The translations under genes and the position numbers were made by a program. Below the pieces are notes generated by a model. It did no database searches and was not told where the DNA came from. It saw nothing but the letters and a program-made list of their open reading frames with translations. This document shows, piece after piece, positions 33,340 to 45,359 of a DNA stretch of 64,000 bases; the first letter of the stretch is position 1, and every line of letters starts with the position of its first letter. Source of the DNA: Plasmodiophora brassicae (Eukaryota); the NCBI GenBank assembly GCA_036867785.1, contig CP145419.1, positions 992,001 to 1,056,000 of the forward strand, written 5' to 3'.

Positions 33340-35328
33340 TCACACCGCCTGCGAGCTGTCCGCCTTGATGCCTTCCTGGCTGATCGGCAGCGGCAGGATC
33401 TTCTTGTCGTCGTCGCCCGCCGGTTTCAGGGGCGCGTCGGAGTCGTTCTTGTCGGAGAGGTCGCGGCGCGGCACGGCGACGGGCTGCGGCGCCGCTGGGC
33501 CGGATCGGCGCACGGGCTGCGCCTGCACGGGCGCATCGCTGCTGAGCTTGGCGACGGGGCCCTTGTCGCCGGCGGCCAGGACCTCGACCAGGGCCCTGTC
33601 GTTGTCGGCGGCGGCCCCGTCCTTCCTGGCGGCGGCGGCGCGCGGCCCGCCCCACGTGCGCACGTTGAACGTCATCATGCCGTAGACCTGGAACGAGGCC
33701 GCCATGATCGGCAGGCAGACCAGGACGATCGGGTAGAACCAGGTGATCTTGCGCCGGCCGATCTTCCACCCGACAAAGATGATGAACATCCAGATCGGGC
33801 CGAAGATGCCGACCGCGTACCCGTACGAGTACCAGGTGCCCTGGCCCTGCAGGATCTGCAGGAAGAACACGTAGATGAACAGCGGGCCGTTCTGCAGAGC
33901 CGACAGGCCGATCAGGCAGTTCAGCCCGGGGAACTGGCGCCAGATGATCGGCGACGTCAGCTGGTAGATCTCGTTGGTCACCGTCCCCAGGTACCAGCGG
34001 CGGCGCTGCTTCATCAGCGAGCGGAACGTCTCGCAGCCCTCCGTCTTGCACCGGGCCGACGGGCAGAACCCGATGCGGTACTTCTCCGGGCGCTTCTCCA
34101 TGATCAGGTGCGTCAGGTAGCGGTCCTCGCCCAGGTGCGTCCGGTTGAAGTCGAACGTGTCGACGGCGTCCATGTTGCCAAAGTAGACGGGCGCGACGCT
34201 GGCCAGCGTCTCGAACCGGACCATGGTCAGGGCGCCCGGCAGGCACGACACCGACCCGAGATAGTCCTCCGAGTTCCGCTGCAGCATCTGCGACTCGATG
34301 TACTCGGTGTCCTGCAGCACCTTCAGGAAGCTGTACGTGCCGGCCGTCTTGCACGTGATCAGCCCGGTCAGCGCCTCGCGGTAGATGCCCGGCTGCCGGT
34401 TCATGTCGTAGATGAAGTTGGGGATGGCGTGCACCTCGAGCTCGATGTCCGAGTCGATGAACAGCAGGAGCGGCTTCGTCTCCTGGTTCTTGTACAGGCT
34501 GGACAGGTAGCGGAAGGCGCACATCTGCGCGTGCCGCTTGCCGCCGTGCTCGAACCGGCACGGCGTCACCTTCAGGTTCCGGTACATGATGTCGCCGATG
34601 ACGGGGAACTCGCGCGCTTCGCTGCTGACGCCGAGCTCGTCGAGGCCCTCGCTGGTCGACAGCTTCTCGTAGTCGATCTTGGTCTTGTTCGTCATCAGGC
34701 AGTAGATGACGGATCGGTACAGCGTCGACACCTCGTCCGAGTCGAACGCCAGCACGAGGTGCAGGCGGTTCAGCGGGTACTTTGTCTTGGTGACCGAGTT
34801 GATCGCGATCATCAGCGTCTCGATCGGCTCGTTGTAGATGGGCATCACGACGGTGACGTACGGGTTCGTCTTCTTCTTCCTGCCCTCCGAGAGCGCCCGC
34901 AGGACCTCGTCCTCGCTGGGCGCCCGCCGCCACGAGTTGACGGCGCAGCCGACCTTGAACCAGCTGACGGCGACGAGCGCCAGCGGCTCCAGCATGAGGA
35001 TGATGGTCAGCGTCGCGTCCAGGGTGCCCCAGGGGAACGCCCAGAACGCGTGACGGAAGTTCAGCGTCAGGATCAGCAGGCTGTAGACGCCGACGTTGTA
35101 GCAGGCGTACAGGATCAGGAAGGTGCCGGCGACGAACCGCGTCAGGAACGGGTGGTCCTGGTTCTTCTCGCCGTAGATGACGACGTTGCCGAGCGTGACG
35201 ACGTACGTGACGAAGTAGCTGAACGCGTGCAGGAACGCGATCAGCAGGAAGAACCAGACGATGGCGTAGACGATGTAGGGGCCGTACGCCCTGAAGAACT
35301 GCTCGACGGCCTCGACGAACGTCGCCAT
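33340..35328 (-). CDS. CHS: Chitin synthase (GT2), intronless, 662 aa
   Basis: GGKR, FIDSD, CLPG, LGEDRYLT, QRRRW, RTWGGPR; N- and C-terminal TM helices. Confidence 0.93.
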   Translation of the reverse strand: MATFVEAVEQFFRAYGPYIVYAIVWFFLLIAFLHAFSYFVTYVVTLGNVVIYGEKNQDHPFLTRFVAGTFLILYACYNVGVYSLLILTLNFRHAFWAFPWGTLDATLTIILMLEPLALVAVSWFKVGCAVNSWRRAPSEDEVLRALSEGRKKKTNPYVTVVMPIYNEPIETLMIAINSVTKTKYPLNRLHLVLAFDSDEVSTLYRSVIYCLMTNKTKIDYEKLSTSEGLDELGVSSEAREFPVIGDIMYRNLKVTPCRFEHGGKRHAQMCAFRYLSSLYKNQETKPLLLFIDSDIELEVHAIPNFIYDMNRQPGIYREALTGLITCKTAGTYSFLKVLQDTEYIESQMLQRNSEDYLGSVSCLPGALTMVRFETLASVAPVYFGNMDAVDTFDFNRTHLGEDRYLTHLIMEKRPEKYRIGFCPSARCKTEGCETFRSLMKQRRRWYLGTVTNEIYQLTSPIIWRQFPGLNCLIGLSALQNGPLFIYVFFLQILQGQGTWYSYGYAVGIFGPIWMFIIFVGWKIGRRKITWFYPIVLVCLPIMAASFQVYGMMTFNVRTWGGPRAAAARKDGAAADNDRALVEVLAAGDKGPVAKLSSDAPVQAQPVRRSGPAAPQPVAVPRRDLSDKNDSDAPLKPAGDDDKKILPLPISQEGIKADSSQAV

Positions 35329-35365
35329 GGCCGGACGCGCCCCGGTGGTGGTGCTCGCGACACCT

Positions 35366-36127
35366 TCACAGCACGACGACCAGGCGTGGTTGTTGGTTCT
35401 GCCTGCCCGCAGGTGCGGTCAACGGGCGCCGGCCCATGGGCGATGGCACGCGCCGCACCGGTGACGCAACCTTCTTCGCCCGGAGAGACGAGCGACGTCT
35501 GCGATCCCCGGGGGCCTTCCGTTCGCTACCAGACAGAGAGGGCGTCTCGTTTACTAGGTGGCGAGCGGCCCGATTCCGCAGATTTCGGCGCCATCGGGCT
35601 GAAATCGAATTGCATGTCGCACGACGACGCGGGGCACGTGCGGCAGGAACGGACGCGTGACCGGGAAATCCCCTACAACGAGGGCGGGCGTTGGGTACAA
35701 GCGCACGCCGCTGATGACCGACGACGAGACGTACCCGTTTGCGGATGCAGACGACAGAGTCGGCCGGGTAGGTGTCGTTGCCGGGCGGCGCCTGCGTCAG
35801 CAGGGCGCGATTGATGACCGGTCGGGACGCGTCGCGGTTACGGAACGAGACGACGATCGCGCAGCCGCACGTCAGGGTACGATCGCACGACCAGACGGCG
35901 TCGTCGTCGCGCAGCACGTTACCGGGGTCGAACGGCAGCGACGTGGTCGCCGACGCCGTCGCGTTCGCCGTCGACACCTCGCCGTCGGCGTCGAAGAAGC
36001 GGACCCGTGCGACGCTCCAGACGGGGCCGGTCGGGCCCATCGGCGTGAACGTGAACACGGTCGGGCCCGGCCCGGTCCCGCGCGCTATCGCAGCCAGGCC
36101 GACGACGAGCAACGACGCCCAGCGCAT
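35366..36127 (-). CDS. Small secreted protein; 3' structure uncertain
   Basis: SP MRWASLLVVGLAAIARG followed by a beta-rich Cys-containing region; coding signal becomes unclear below ~35730. Confidence 0.5.
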   Translation of the reverse strand: MRWASLLVVGLAAIARGTGPGPTVFTFTPMGPTGPVWSVARVRFFDADGEVSTANATASATTSLPFDPGNVLRDDDAVWSCDRTLTCGCAIVVSFRNRDASRPVINRALLTQAPPGNDTYPADSVVCIRKRVRLVVGHQRRALVPNARPRCRGFPGHASVPAARAPRRRATCNSISARWRRNLRNRAARHLVNETPSLSGSERKAPGDRRRRSSLRAKKVASPVRRVPSPMGRRPLTAPAGRQNQQPRLVVVL

Positions 36128-36728
36128 GGCCTGCACCCCCCGTTGCTTGCTGCGGCGTTCGGCGCGCCTGACTGGCACTGCGCGGGTCGCTATTTCGGGG
36201 CGCACTCCGCACAGTGCCGCAGTGGCAGCTGCACGGGGCCGCCACTGTGGCACCGCGGCTCGATGCGCGTAGAAACTGCGCGCGTGGCCGAGTGGAGGGG
36301 GGGGATTCGGTGTCTACTCCCCCTCCTGCACGCCACGCCACGCGCGCAACACGTCAGAACGGGGTGCGTGCGGCAATTCCGGCTCTGACGCCGCCCTGGT
36401 GACGTGCTGCGCTCGTCCCGGTGATCAGGACTCTTCGTTGCTGTCAGGTCGTTTTTACACCTGGCTATAGACGCGGTTGCAACTGGACCTGCGTCCGCGT
36501 AGGCGCGTACACTGCGGTGGGTGCCAATTTATGCTTCATCGCAAGCCTGGATCCGAATGCTTATGGGCACCCTACCGCGCTGGACGCGTTTGTCAACCGC
36601 CGAGATACGACTGCTGTGCCGATCGAATCGGTTGATATCACCTGCCCAGGGTCACGGAGGGCGCCCTGCCGAGATACGACCGCTGTATCGATCGTGTGGT
36701 ATCACTTGTCCAGGTCACGGGGAGGACG

Positions 36729-38841
36729 ATGATGCCGCCGGGAGGCCGCCATCCGATGCCATTTGTATTGATCGTTGCTGTTGCGGTGTTAACGGGCAAC
36801 AGCCTCGTTTGCAACGATTCTTGCGTGTGTGACTGGTACCCGGGCTCGTGTTCGTCCCCTAGCATGTACGTCTATGGCGTGGTTGCAATCTGTCCAACTG
36901 TGCAACTAATACATGTCCTGGCCGGTCAGCTTGCTAGCGGGCAGATCAATAACGGGGCAAGTCACGCCGGCCTGGTTCGCTTCAGTACCGTCCCTGTCGG
37001 CCTACACTGCCCTGTCAGACATCCACGAAGACCGTTCGCTGGACAGAATATGAACGTGGCGTTGTCATGCTTGCAGGTATCTATCAGCGAATTCCATTAC
37101 GAGCGTGGACCCCGCTGCGTTCAGTGCTCTGACCGCCCTGCGCCTGCTCGACTTGAGCGTGAATCAGCTGTCAGGCTTAGAAGCCGACACCTTTCGATTC
37201 AACACGCGACTGACAAACCTGTACGCTTGTGAGTATTAGCTCAACGACAGCCGAAGCTGAGAAGCGGTGATTCCCAGCAACCTGGTCGTTAACCAGTTGA
37301 CAGTACTTCAATCAGGAATCTTCTCGAGCCTCACACAACTGCAGATTCTGTGTGCAGCCCTAATTCAACTGCCGGAGATGCATGGAACAGGCTTACTAAG
37401 ACCAATCTGTCCAGGAACGTCGCACGCAACAGCTTGACGTGGACACCGGCGGGAAGTCTCTCTGGCCCTACGAGCTTCTTGAACTATCTGTACGTACCTA
37501 GCACTAAAGATTTGGCCTCGAGTGATAACACGAATGACCATTGCAGGACGCTCGCACCGTTCTTAATGGCAGCGATGGACCCAGATGCGTTTTCCATGTT
37601 GACTGCACTGCAGATGCTGTCTATGGGATCCAACCACTTTACGGCTCTGCCCTCGCTATCGGCGCTCACTCAATTGCGGCAACTGTACGGGCAGAACGAG
37701 TCGATCAGTATAAGCGTTGATCACAGCGTCTACAGGGACCTAACCGATAACCAGTTGCAGTCGATTCCGGCAGGAATGTTTCTCTACAATACGCGCCTGA
37801 CGTGGCTGTACGTTTCGTGCTAACCTCCCCTCTCATGATACGTCATCTTACCACCTACAACCGTCGGCCTCAGGAGCATATCGTCAAGCACGATGACGGC
37901 CATCGACTCCGGGGCATTTTCGACGCTGTCCCGCTTGACGTATTTACAAATGGATACCCTGCAAGTCACTTCCATTCCTGCACGGTTACTGTCCTCGTTA
38001 ACCACTCTGACGTCCATGTAAGTCGGGTCCTACGCGGGGCTTTGTCGTAACTGACGTAAGACCGTCCAGGACCATGTACAACCTCCCTTTGGTCAACGCC
38101 TTGGACCGCAACTTGTTTCAGTCCCTCGTATCGTTTTCATCGTCCAGCGAACTGTTAGGCCTCTGTATTTGATGTCGTGGTCCCAATCCGACTAAGGGCA
38201 TCAATTGTAGCGACGTGCAAACTGGCATGACGGCATTGAAATGTGTCCCGTTGCCCCCTCCTGTCAACATCTCCACTTACCGGACGGGGGGCAAACCGAC
38301 ATGCCCTGCCGCCGTTACAACCTCCATTCCAACACTGGCCGCCCCTGTGCAAACACCGGTGCAAACCGGGGCACCAACGGAGACGCCACGCACATCAAGC
38401 TTGACGAACCTGATTCCAATCGCAGTCGGCGTAGGTATTGCGGGCGTAGTCGTCTTGGTGTTCGTAATCGGGTACCTCCTTCGCGGCTACAGTGGACTTC
38501 AGAGTCCAATCGTATTTCTTCCTGTGTACCCACCGAGACCAGGGCCAACCATGATGGCAGTATCCCCGTTCCAGCAAACGGCGCCCGCGCACAACCCTTG
38601 GGAAACAAGACCGGTGTCGGTGACGCTGGAACACAGCGGCAAACCGGCGGTTGATCAAAGTTCCAGAAACGATCAGGCAGCGACTTTGACGAGCGACAAC
38701 GCCAATGCGACGGTCGGTGGCACGGATAGCTTTATGACGCTCCCGATCACACGTCGGGAACCTGCCTTCGACCTACCGAAGCACCAACCGCGCCAGACGG
38801 CGTCGGGCGAACCCACGTTCCGCGCTCCCAGCCATGGGTGA
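36729..38841 (+). CDS. Type-I membrane LRR protein B (~10 LRRs), multi-exon
   Basis: SP, CDWYPGSC cap, ~72- and ~144-bp phase-2 LRR exons (LDLTDNQLQSIPAGMFLYNTRLTWL), TM IAVGVGIAGVVVLVFVIGYLL. Confidence 0.85.
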
Positions 38842-39011
38842 CGTATAAACATAACGTCAGAGTACCCCGAACATGTGCAGCACTTACCGCACAGTCACGG
38901 ACTTGTAGGCCGGGGGCTATTTTTGTGCTTCGCGCGGCCCTGCTGCCCTTCCCGACCTTTCCGGAAATAGCACTGCGCTCTGCAGACCGCAGATGGTGAT
39001 CGCGACCTGCC

Positions 39012-39656
39012 ATGTGGGACCTGGTTCGTGAGGCCGGCCAGCGCCTTCGGCATTGGTTGTTCGGGCATCGGCGGCGCCGCGTCGAATCGAGCGAATCGAT
39101 CGTCGACGCCCAGTGCGAATCGCGCCTGGCCATCCAGGACCGCCCGTTCGACCTGCATCGCGGCGATTACATCGTCCCGTTCGAGTACGCCCTGGACGTG
39201 ACCGGCACCGACCCCGATCACCGCGTTGTGCGCGACCCTAGTGGCGACGATTGTTTCGAAATCCACACCCGGAACCAGTTGCTGGCCCCCGAAACCCACG
39301 AGATCTGGACTGCCGACGGGTACCGTCTCCTTCTTTCCGCCTGCCGACGACGTTGGTCCCGGGACTGGGCCGTGTACCGCCCGAACGGTTCGCTCCTCTG
39401 CCGCATCGTCCCATCGCTGCGCGCCTACCGCGTCGTTATGGCCGATGGCGAAACGCTGTCCATCCAGACGCAGTGCAGGTACTGCGCCAGCGGCACGTGT
39501 CTCACCGTGCACCGCTCCGAAACGCACCACGCCGGGCGCGTCATCGCCGCCGCCACCAGGCGACGAACGCCGTGCGGCACCACCACGCAAATACGCATCG
39601 CGCCGTTCGTCGACCGCCTCGTGATGATCGTCCTCGTCGTTTGCGTCACCCGGTAA
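39012..39656 (+). CDS. LURP-one/Tubby-C (Tub_2)-like protein
   Basis: VRDPSGDDCFEI, IWTADGYRLLL and terminal IRIAPFVDRLVMIVLVVCV helix. Confidence 0.65.
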   Translation: MWDLVREAGQRLRHWLFGHRRRRVESSESIVDAQCESRLAIQDRPFDLHRGDYIVPFEYALDVTGTDPDHRVVRDPSGDDCFEIHTRNQLLAPETHEIWTADGYRLLLSACRRRWSRDWAVYRPNGSLLCRIVPSLRAYRVVMADGETLSIQTQCRYCASGTCLTVHRSETHHAGRVIAAATRRRTPCGTTTQIRIAPFVDRLVMIVLVVCVTR

Positions 39657-39805
39657 GGTATCTCTCGAGGCAAGGCTTGCTGCGAGGTACGACCTGGATC
39701 GACGGCGAGGCCCTCGCAGGCGACATAAAATAATGTGAGGGTTCGCTTTGAGGCGCAACAGCTGTCAGGGTCGCTTACGCCTCTAATATTATGCACAACC
39801 GTATC

Positions 39806-41585
39806 ATGGGTACGGTCGTGATCTCGCAAACGGAATTCCCATTTAGTGTCGGGGGCGGGCGGTGCGTCATGGGGTGCGTTATCGCGCGCGCCGCACGTAC
39901 GTTGTCGTCGGCGGGGACGTTAACGATCAGACGTTCAGGGATTCGCGCTCGGTGCTGTCGTCGATCGAACTGAGGCGGCTGCAAAAGTTGGCGTTCGGCA
40001 GCGAACAGCAGAGCGCGACGTCGTCGAACGAGAACAAGGTGGTCGACGCGTGCCATCCACCGGAGGGTGTTTAAGGTCTGACGGGACAAGGCATGCAGAA
40101 CGCCAGGTTGAAAGCGCTGTCGAACGGCCACGTCCGGAAATGGGAACAGCAGACGAACGCCAGCAGCGCGGCGCGTCAGGAGAAGGAGCTTCGCGAGGAG
40201 CGCCAGCGACGCATTGACGAAGAGTACGAGGCGCGCCTCGCCGCCGAACGCAAAGCCATGATTGACCGCGCCGAACGCGAGGTCTACGACAACACGGACG
40301 AGGTGCGGTTGTCGTCGCCGTAACGGTCGCCAATTACGATCTGATCCGACCGCCAGGTCAAATCGTTGCTGGCCGGAATGATGATCTCGGACGTGTACCG
40401 GGAGCGTGCGCACCAGAAACAGGTGCGGGAGCGACGTGCCGCCCTGGAGAAGTTCCGCGACGAGCGGATCCAGGCCGAGCTGGACCGCCAGAACGCGGAG
40501 GCGATCGCGGCGGAACGGGCCGCTATCGACGAGCGCAGGCGGATCGACCAGCAGATCGCCCAGACCCAGATCGAACAGTTCGCCGAGTACAAGCGCGCGC
40601 GACGCGCCCGCCTACGGGCCACCGTCGAAGAAGGCCTACGCCTGGCCAAGCAGGCCAAGGAGGCGCACAAGGAGGAGATACGAAAGAACGCGGAGCGCAA
40701 GCAGAGCATCAAGGAGCAGAAACTGGCCGCGCTCGGTGACAACTTCAGGCTTCGCGCGATACGCGACGAGGAACGTCGCAAGGCAGAAGACGAGCTGGCC
40801 AAGATCAAGGCGTACGCTGAGGAGAAGGAGCGCAAAGGTACCTTGCGTCGAGCGTCCCGTCCAGTGCCGTTCTTATGGAACGTCGTTGGTAGAGCAGCAA
40901 CGGAAGAAGATCGCCGAGGACCGGTTCCGGCACCGGCTGCTGATCAAGCAGAGGTTGATCGATGCACAGACGGAGGCGATGAACAAGCGGATGAACAACG
41001 AGGACGAGATCCTGGCGGCGCACATCCAGGAGGCGGACCGGAAGCAGGAGGAGCGCGTCCGGAGCGATAAGGAGAAGCAGCGACAGCAGAAGGAGATGAT
41101 CGACAAGTGCAGGCAGGTTCAGATCGCGGAGATGGAAGCCAGGCGCGCCGAGGAGCGTCGCATGGCCCAGGAGATGAAATCGAAATGGGACCGGGAGAAG
41201 CGCGAGTTTGACGAGGAGCAGGAAGCGGGACGATGTCGGCAGCGCAACGAGGCGGAAGCGCTGGCCGAATACCACCGCCGGCAAATGGTCAGTACGACAC
41301 CGAACATGACGATGGCGATGAGCGTAATCGCGTTTACAGATGGCGAAATGGCAACGAGAGCAGGGGCAGCGTGATGACCTGAACCAATGGGTGCGGACGC
41401 AGATGCAGGAGCACGAGGCGTTCGTCGGCGAGCTGAAGCAGGTGACGCAGAAGATGATGGGCGATTACGCCGACGAAGGGCGCGACACGCTGCCGATCGC
41501 CATCGCCCTGTCCAAGAACGCCAGCCTGCGACCCCCACGGCCGCGCCACGTCGAGATGGAGGACGAGATCAAACAGCTCGAATAA
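39806..41585 (+). CDS. Trichohyalin-plectin-homology (TPH) ciliary protein, CFAP210/CCDC173-like, multi-exon
   Basis: LSNGHVRKW, YDNTDEV|KSLLAGMMISDVYRERAHQ and long E/R/K/Q helical body. Confidence 0.72.
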
Positions 41586-41963
41586 AGCACTCTGGATGGC
41601 GCCACAGCCACAGGTCGCATTGCGGTTCTTTAGGAAGGGGACGTCCGACTCGCTTAGGGAGGACATCGTTCGTCCTGGCCTTTAGGGGTTTGGGCCCGTT
41701 GATTTCCACCCTAACGCTACGATGCCCCGTCCAGTTTCACACACACACGTGCAACTCTGCCTGTTGTGCCTGTCGGCACAATTTGAAGCCCCACAGGTTG
41801 CTGTCGTCGCACACGGCTGCATGCCGCACGTCGATCATTCCGGAGCGCGTAACGAAGTGCCGCTGGCAGGACGAGATCAAACTGCTCGAGTACAAGCAGA
41901 GTGGACGGCGCCACAACAACAAATACCATTGCGGTTCATGTAGGAAGAGGACATCCGACTGGC

Positions 41964-44599
41964 TTAGCGTGAACAGCGTTTGACCTGGCCTTCCCCGGTT
42001 GGACCCACAGGTCGAGCACGCAACGACGCGCCACTGGCAGCGCCATTCTGTCCACCTTCTTGGGAATCCCGCCAGGCGTCCAACAGAACTTGAACTTCGC
42101 GGGACGCCGACAGGTGCACACGGGAACGAAGAACATCAAACGGGCGTCGTCCGGCCGCATTCGTAACCGCCAGCACGTCCTGCCATTCCTTTGGCGACAT
42201 CATTTGCTCCATCGCATCGGTCACGAGCTGAGCATCGGAACGGGACTCGTGCTGATACACGGCATGCAGAATGGTGTTCCCGGCTCGGTCCAAATTCGAC
42301 GCCAAATTGTATGGGTACAGGTTCATGTATCCGATCAGCGAATTAATCCCGAAGCGATTCCTTCGAATGATGTCGTACGCTTGATGCACGGCCGTCATCC
42401 CGTTGTCACAGTTCCGATGCATCTGACCCGCCGGAGTCTGAAGCAGGTACAGAAACAGCAACTCGTTGTGAATAGATGCTAAGCGATGGTGCAGGTCAAA
42501 CAAGATCTCCTGGTCAGCGTATGCCATTAGGTCACCGCCTTACTCTTCTCCGATCAAGTACGTACCTGATGGTGGCGCTCAGACTCGCCCTTGCTCAGAG
42601 CGACGTCGAGTGCTGTCCGGCCATCACGATCGGGTAGATTTACTAGACGCAGGGCATCAGCCGTCGACATCGGCGCGGACAGCAAAGCCGATATAAACTG
42701 CTTTGATCTGGAATTTGGTCCGATGTCGTGCAGGACGGACCTACCAAAGCCATCGATGGCGAATCGCAGGTCGGGACGGGCACGCACGAACATTTGCACG
42801 GCCTCGTGGCAGGACGACGAAACGGCTACGTGAAGAACTGATCGGCCGTTATTGTCGCGAGTGTCCAACAGTGCAGGGCGGCTGAGGACGTATTCGCGCG
42901 GCATCCAGTGATGGCAAAAGTGGTAGAAGTTCGGATGATGAAGAACAGTTTGGCCAAGACGGTTCACGGCCGCTGGCAGGGTGAGCATGGTGAACATCGC
43001 CGATAAATCGCCAAGTGGTGCATATGTACAAGGAAATGCGAAGAGTACAACGAAGTCGTCCGAGGTCTGGACAGCAATATCGAGAAATGTCTTTGCCTGA
43101 AGCACCTTTTGGCATAGGAAGTTCACCGCACCAACAATTCCATGACGCTTCGCCGAATGTGCCAGAATCCACCAGAACATCTGTTTGTACTTGTCGTGCC
43201 ACCCGGTTAAGACCAGGACATCGGCGAGAGCGTGAAGCGAAGTTCGCCCCAGACTGTCAGATTCCCAAGGCGGCGCAACCGGGGGGTTGGACGCGAGCAC
43301 ATGCTGACAAAGTTGAACCATCACGTCAAGAGTTTGGAAGCGTGCCTGCAGTGGGAGGCGCGTCATGAGACTTCGACGAGGGTGCAGGCCTCGCTGAACG
43401 GGGAATATCGAAGCGCCAACGTAGTAAATTATGACGTTCAGAAGCGGCGTCCCGGGACAGAACATATCCTTCAGACGAATCATCAAGTCTAAGTGACTGG
43501 GGATGGTAGGTCGGCGAGAGATCACCATATTGTGTGGCAAGAGATGGTTCGTGACGATAAGTGGAAGCAGCTGCTTCGTGACGTCGTCGGGACAACTGCG
43601 AAGTACTGTGTCGACGATATTGGCAGGTAACCGGGGAAGATCCGCCAGAGGGTGGAAGCGCTTTACAAACGTTAGGGCGGCTCCACAACGAAATTGGACC
43701 AGGTCGCGAAAGTTCATGAAGCGCAATGGGATGGTTGGTGGAACGTCATCATGTTGAATCAGGTGTACGGCGATATCGCGGCGAGTGGACCAGCCGATTA
43801 ACCGTATCTCTCCTTCATCGGGAATGAACCCGAATCGCTGGTACAATCGCACGATTTCCATAGCCGGCAGCGTGCGCATTAGCATGGAATAATCGATGCC
43901 GTGCAGGATGAGGGACTCCTTCTTAGCGTCGTCGGCATGGACCCACGTGTCCCGGGTGGCTTGACACGCTTCGGCGTATAAAGGATCGGCCAGCAGGTCC
44001 TTCACGTCCTCGAGTCGTGGCAACCTTTGGCGGATCGGATCATCCGACGGAATTTCGGCGACGATGGTTTTCCCAATGCATTGGACGCGAGCGGATGTTC
44101 CCAGATCACGCGATTGCGTGCGTAAGAACGCGGCGACAAGTTCGATCAGCGGGATAGCAACGCGACGAAACAGAGTGTGGATAGCTGCTCTGGTCGTCTT
44201 AACCTGTATACATCCCTTACCTAGAGCCCTCAGAACCGTCGCAAGGGTTTCGAGTTTCTCGCACAGCTTTAGAGCACCAAACGCTGCTCGCAATGAACGC
44301 AAATCCTCGTCGCGCATTCCATTCAGCATCCGGATCAGCAAACGGAATTCATCATCCGTTTCAACGTTGGGTAGGTTGGGAAGCATGAACTGGAACACGG
44401 ATGCTCTGTAGGCGTCGCGCCAACTTCTCGATACGGCCGACGCGTTCACCAGGTCACTGTCCCGTAAATACTGTCGAAAGATCACGCCTTCGAGGTCGGC
44501 GGGCAGAACCTGCAGGACTTGCGCCAGTGACGTTGACAAGAGAGCAAGCACACTGATGATCAACGCCAACCACTGCCACCGTCCTGCACAAGCGGCCAT
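41964..44599 (-). CDS. Secreted F-box + ankyrin repeat protein, copy 1 (intron 42510-42565)
   Basis: SP MAACAGRWQWLALIISVLALLSTSLA; F-box LPADLEGVIFRQYL...LVNASAVSRSWR; ankyrins GRTSLH, GQTVLH, GRSVLHVAV, GRTALDVA, GNTILHAV. Confidence 0.85.
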
Positions 44600-44731
44600 C
44601 GCACACGCGCGCAAGTTGCACAGAATCGCAATAATTCCTGACGAACGCCACCTTTGCCGACCACTCCGTGCGGCAGTGGCGACCAGCGAAAAATAGCCCA
44701 CTGCCCAGAGCGGATCCAGCGAACACTCGCT

Positions 44732-44873
44732 AGCGTGTCCAGGACGATGACGACGGCGAGGATGATGTCGTCGGCGGCGGTCCCGGGCGCGACGAGGAAC
44801 TCGACGAAATCGGCGTGGGGTGTCCCCCGATATGATGTTCGCCAAGGTCCTGTACCCGATCACGCCCAGCGCC
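44732..44873 (-). pseudogene. Degenerate fragment of the KAP3 gene (copy of ~50140-50294)
   Basis: Shared ccaggacgatgacgacggcgaggatgatgtcgtcg...gacgaggaactcgacgaaatcggcgtggg...cccgatcacgcccagcgcc. Confidence 0.85.
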
Positions 44874-44926
44874 ACTCCGTGAAAGGCCCGTGCGCTGGTT
44901 GGGTCGGCGATGGTCGCGAGAGCATG

Positions 44927-45358
44927 TCCAGGAGGCGGACCTGAAGCAGGAGGAGCGCATCCGGAACGATAAGGAGAAGCAGCATTAGCAGAAGGAGATG
45001 ATAGATAAGTGCAGGTAGGTTCTAATCGCGGAGATGGAAGCCAGGCGCGCCGAGGAGCGGCGCATGGCGCAGGAGATAACTGCGAAACGGGACCAGGAGA
45101 AGCGCGAGTGTGACGACGAGCAGGAAGCGGAACGATGTCAACAGCGCAACGTGGCGGAAAACGCTCGCCGAATACCATCGCTGTCAAATGGTCAGTGTGT
45201 GCAAACCGTTCATGAGTAACGACGAGGAACATAATCGCGTACAGATGGCGAAGTGGAAACGAGAGCAGGAGCAGCGCGACGACCGGAACGAATGGGGGCG
45301 GACGCAGATGAAGAAACACAAGTCGTTCATCGGCGAGCTGAAGCAGGTGACGCCGAAG
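44927..45358 (+). pseudogene. Degenerate 3' fragment of the TPH/CFAP210-like gene (copy of ~41025-41453)
   Basis: High nucleotide similarity including the intron; contains stops and frameshifts. Confidence 0.88.
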
Positions 45359-45359
45359 C

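Noticed and set aside
33220-35814. 864-aa antisense ORF over chitin synthase (similarly 58949-61318, 50843-52135, 57905-58876)
   Set aside because: Shadow ORFs caused by high GC3 codon bias; no motifs.
41964-42527. Separate small ankyrin genes (also 46135-46695)
   Set aside because: They join in frame to the upstream F-box ORFs through conserved GTACGT...CAG introns, so they are second exons.
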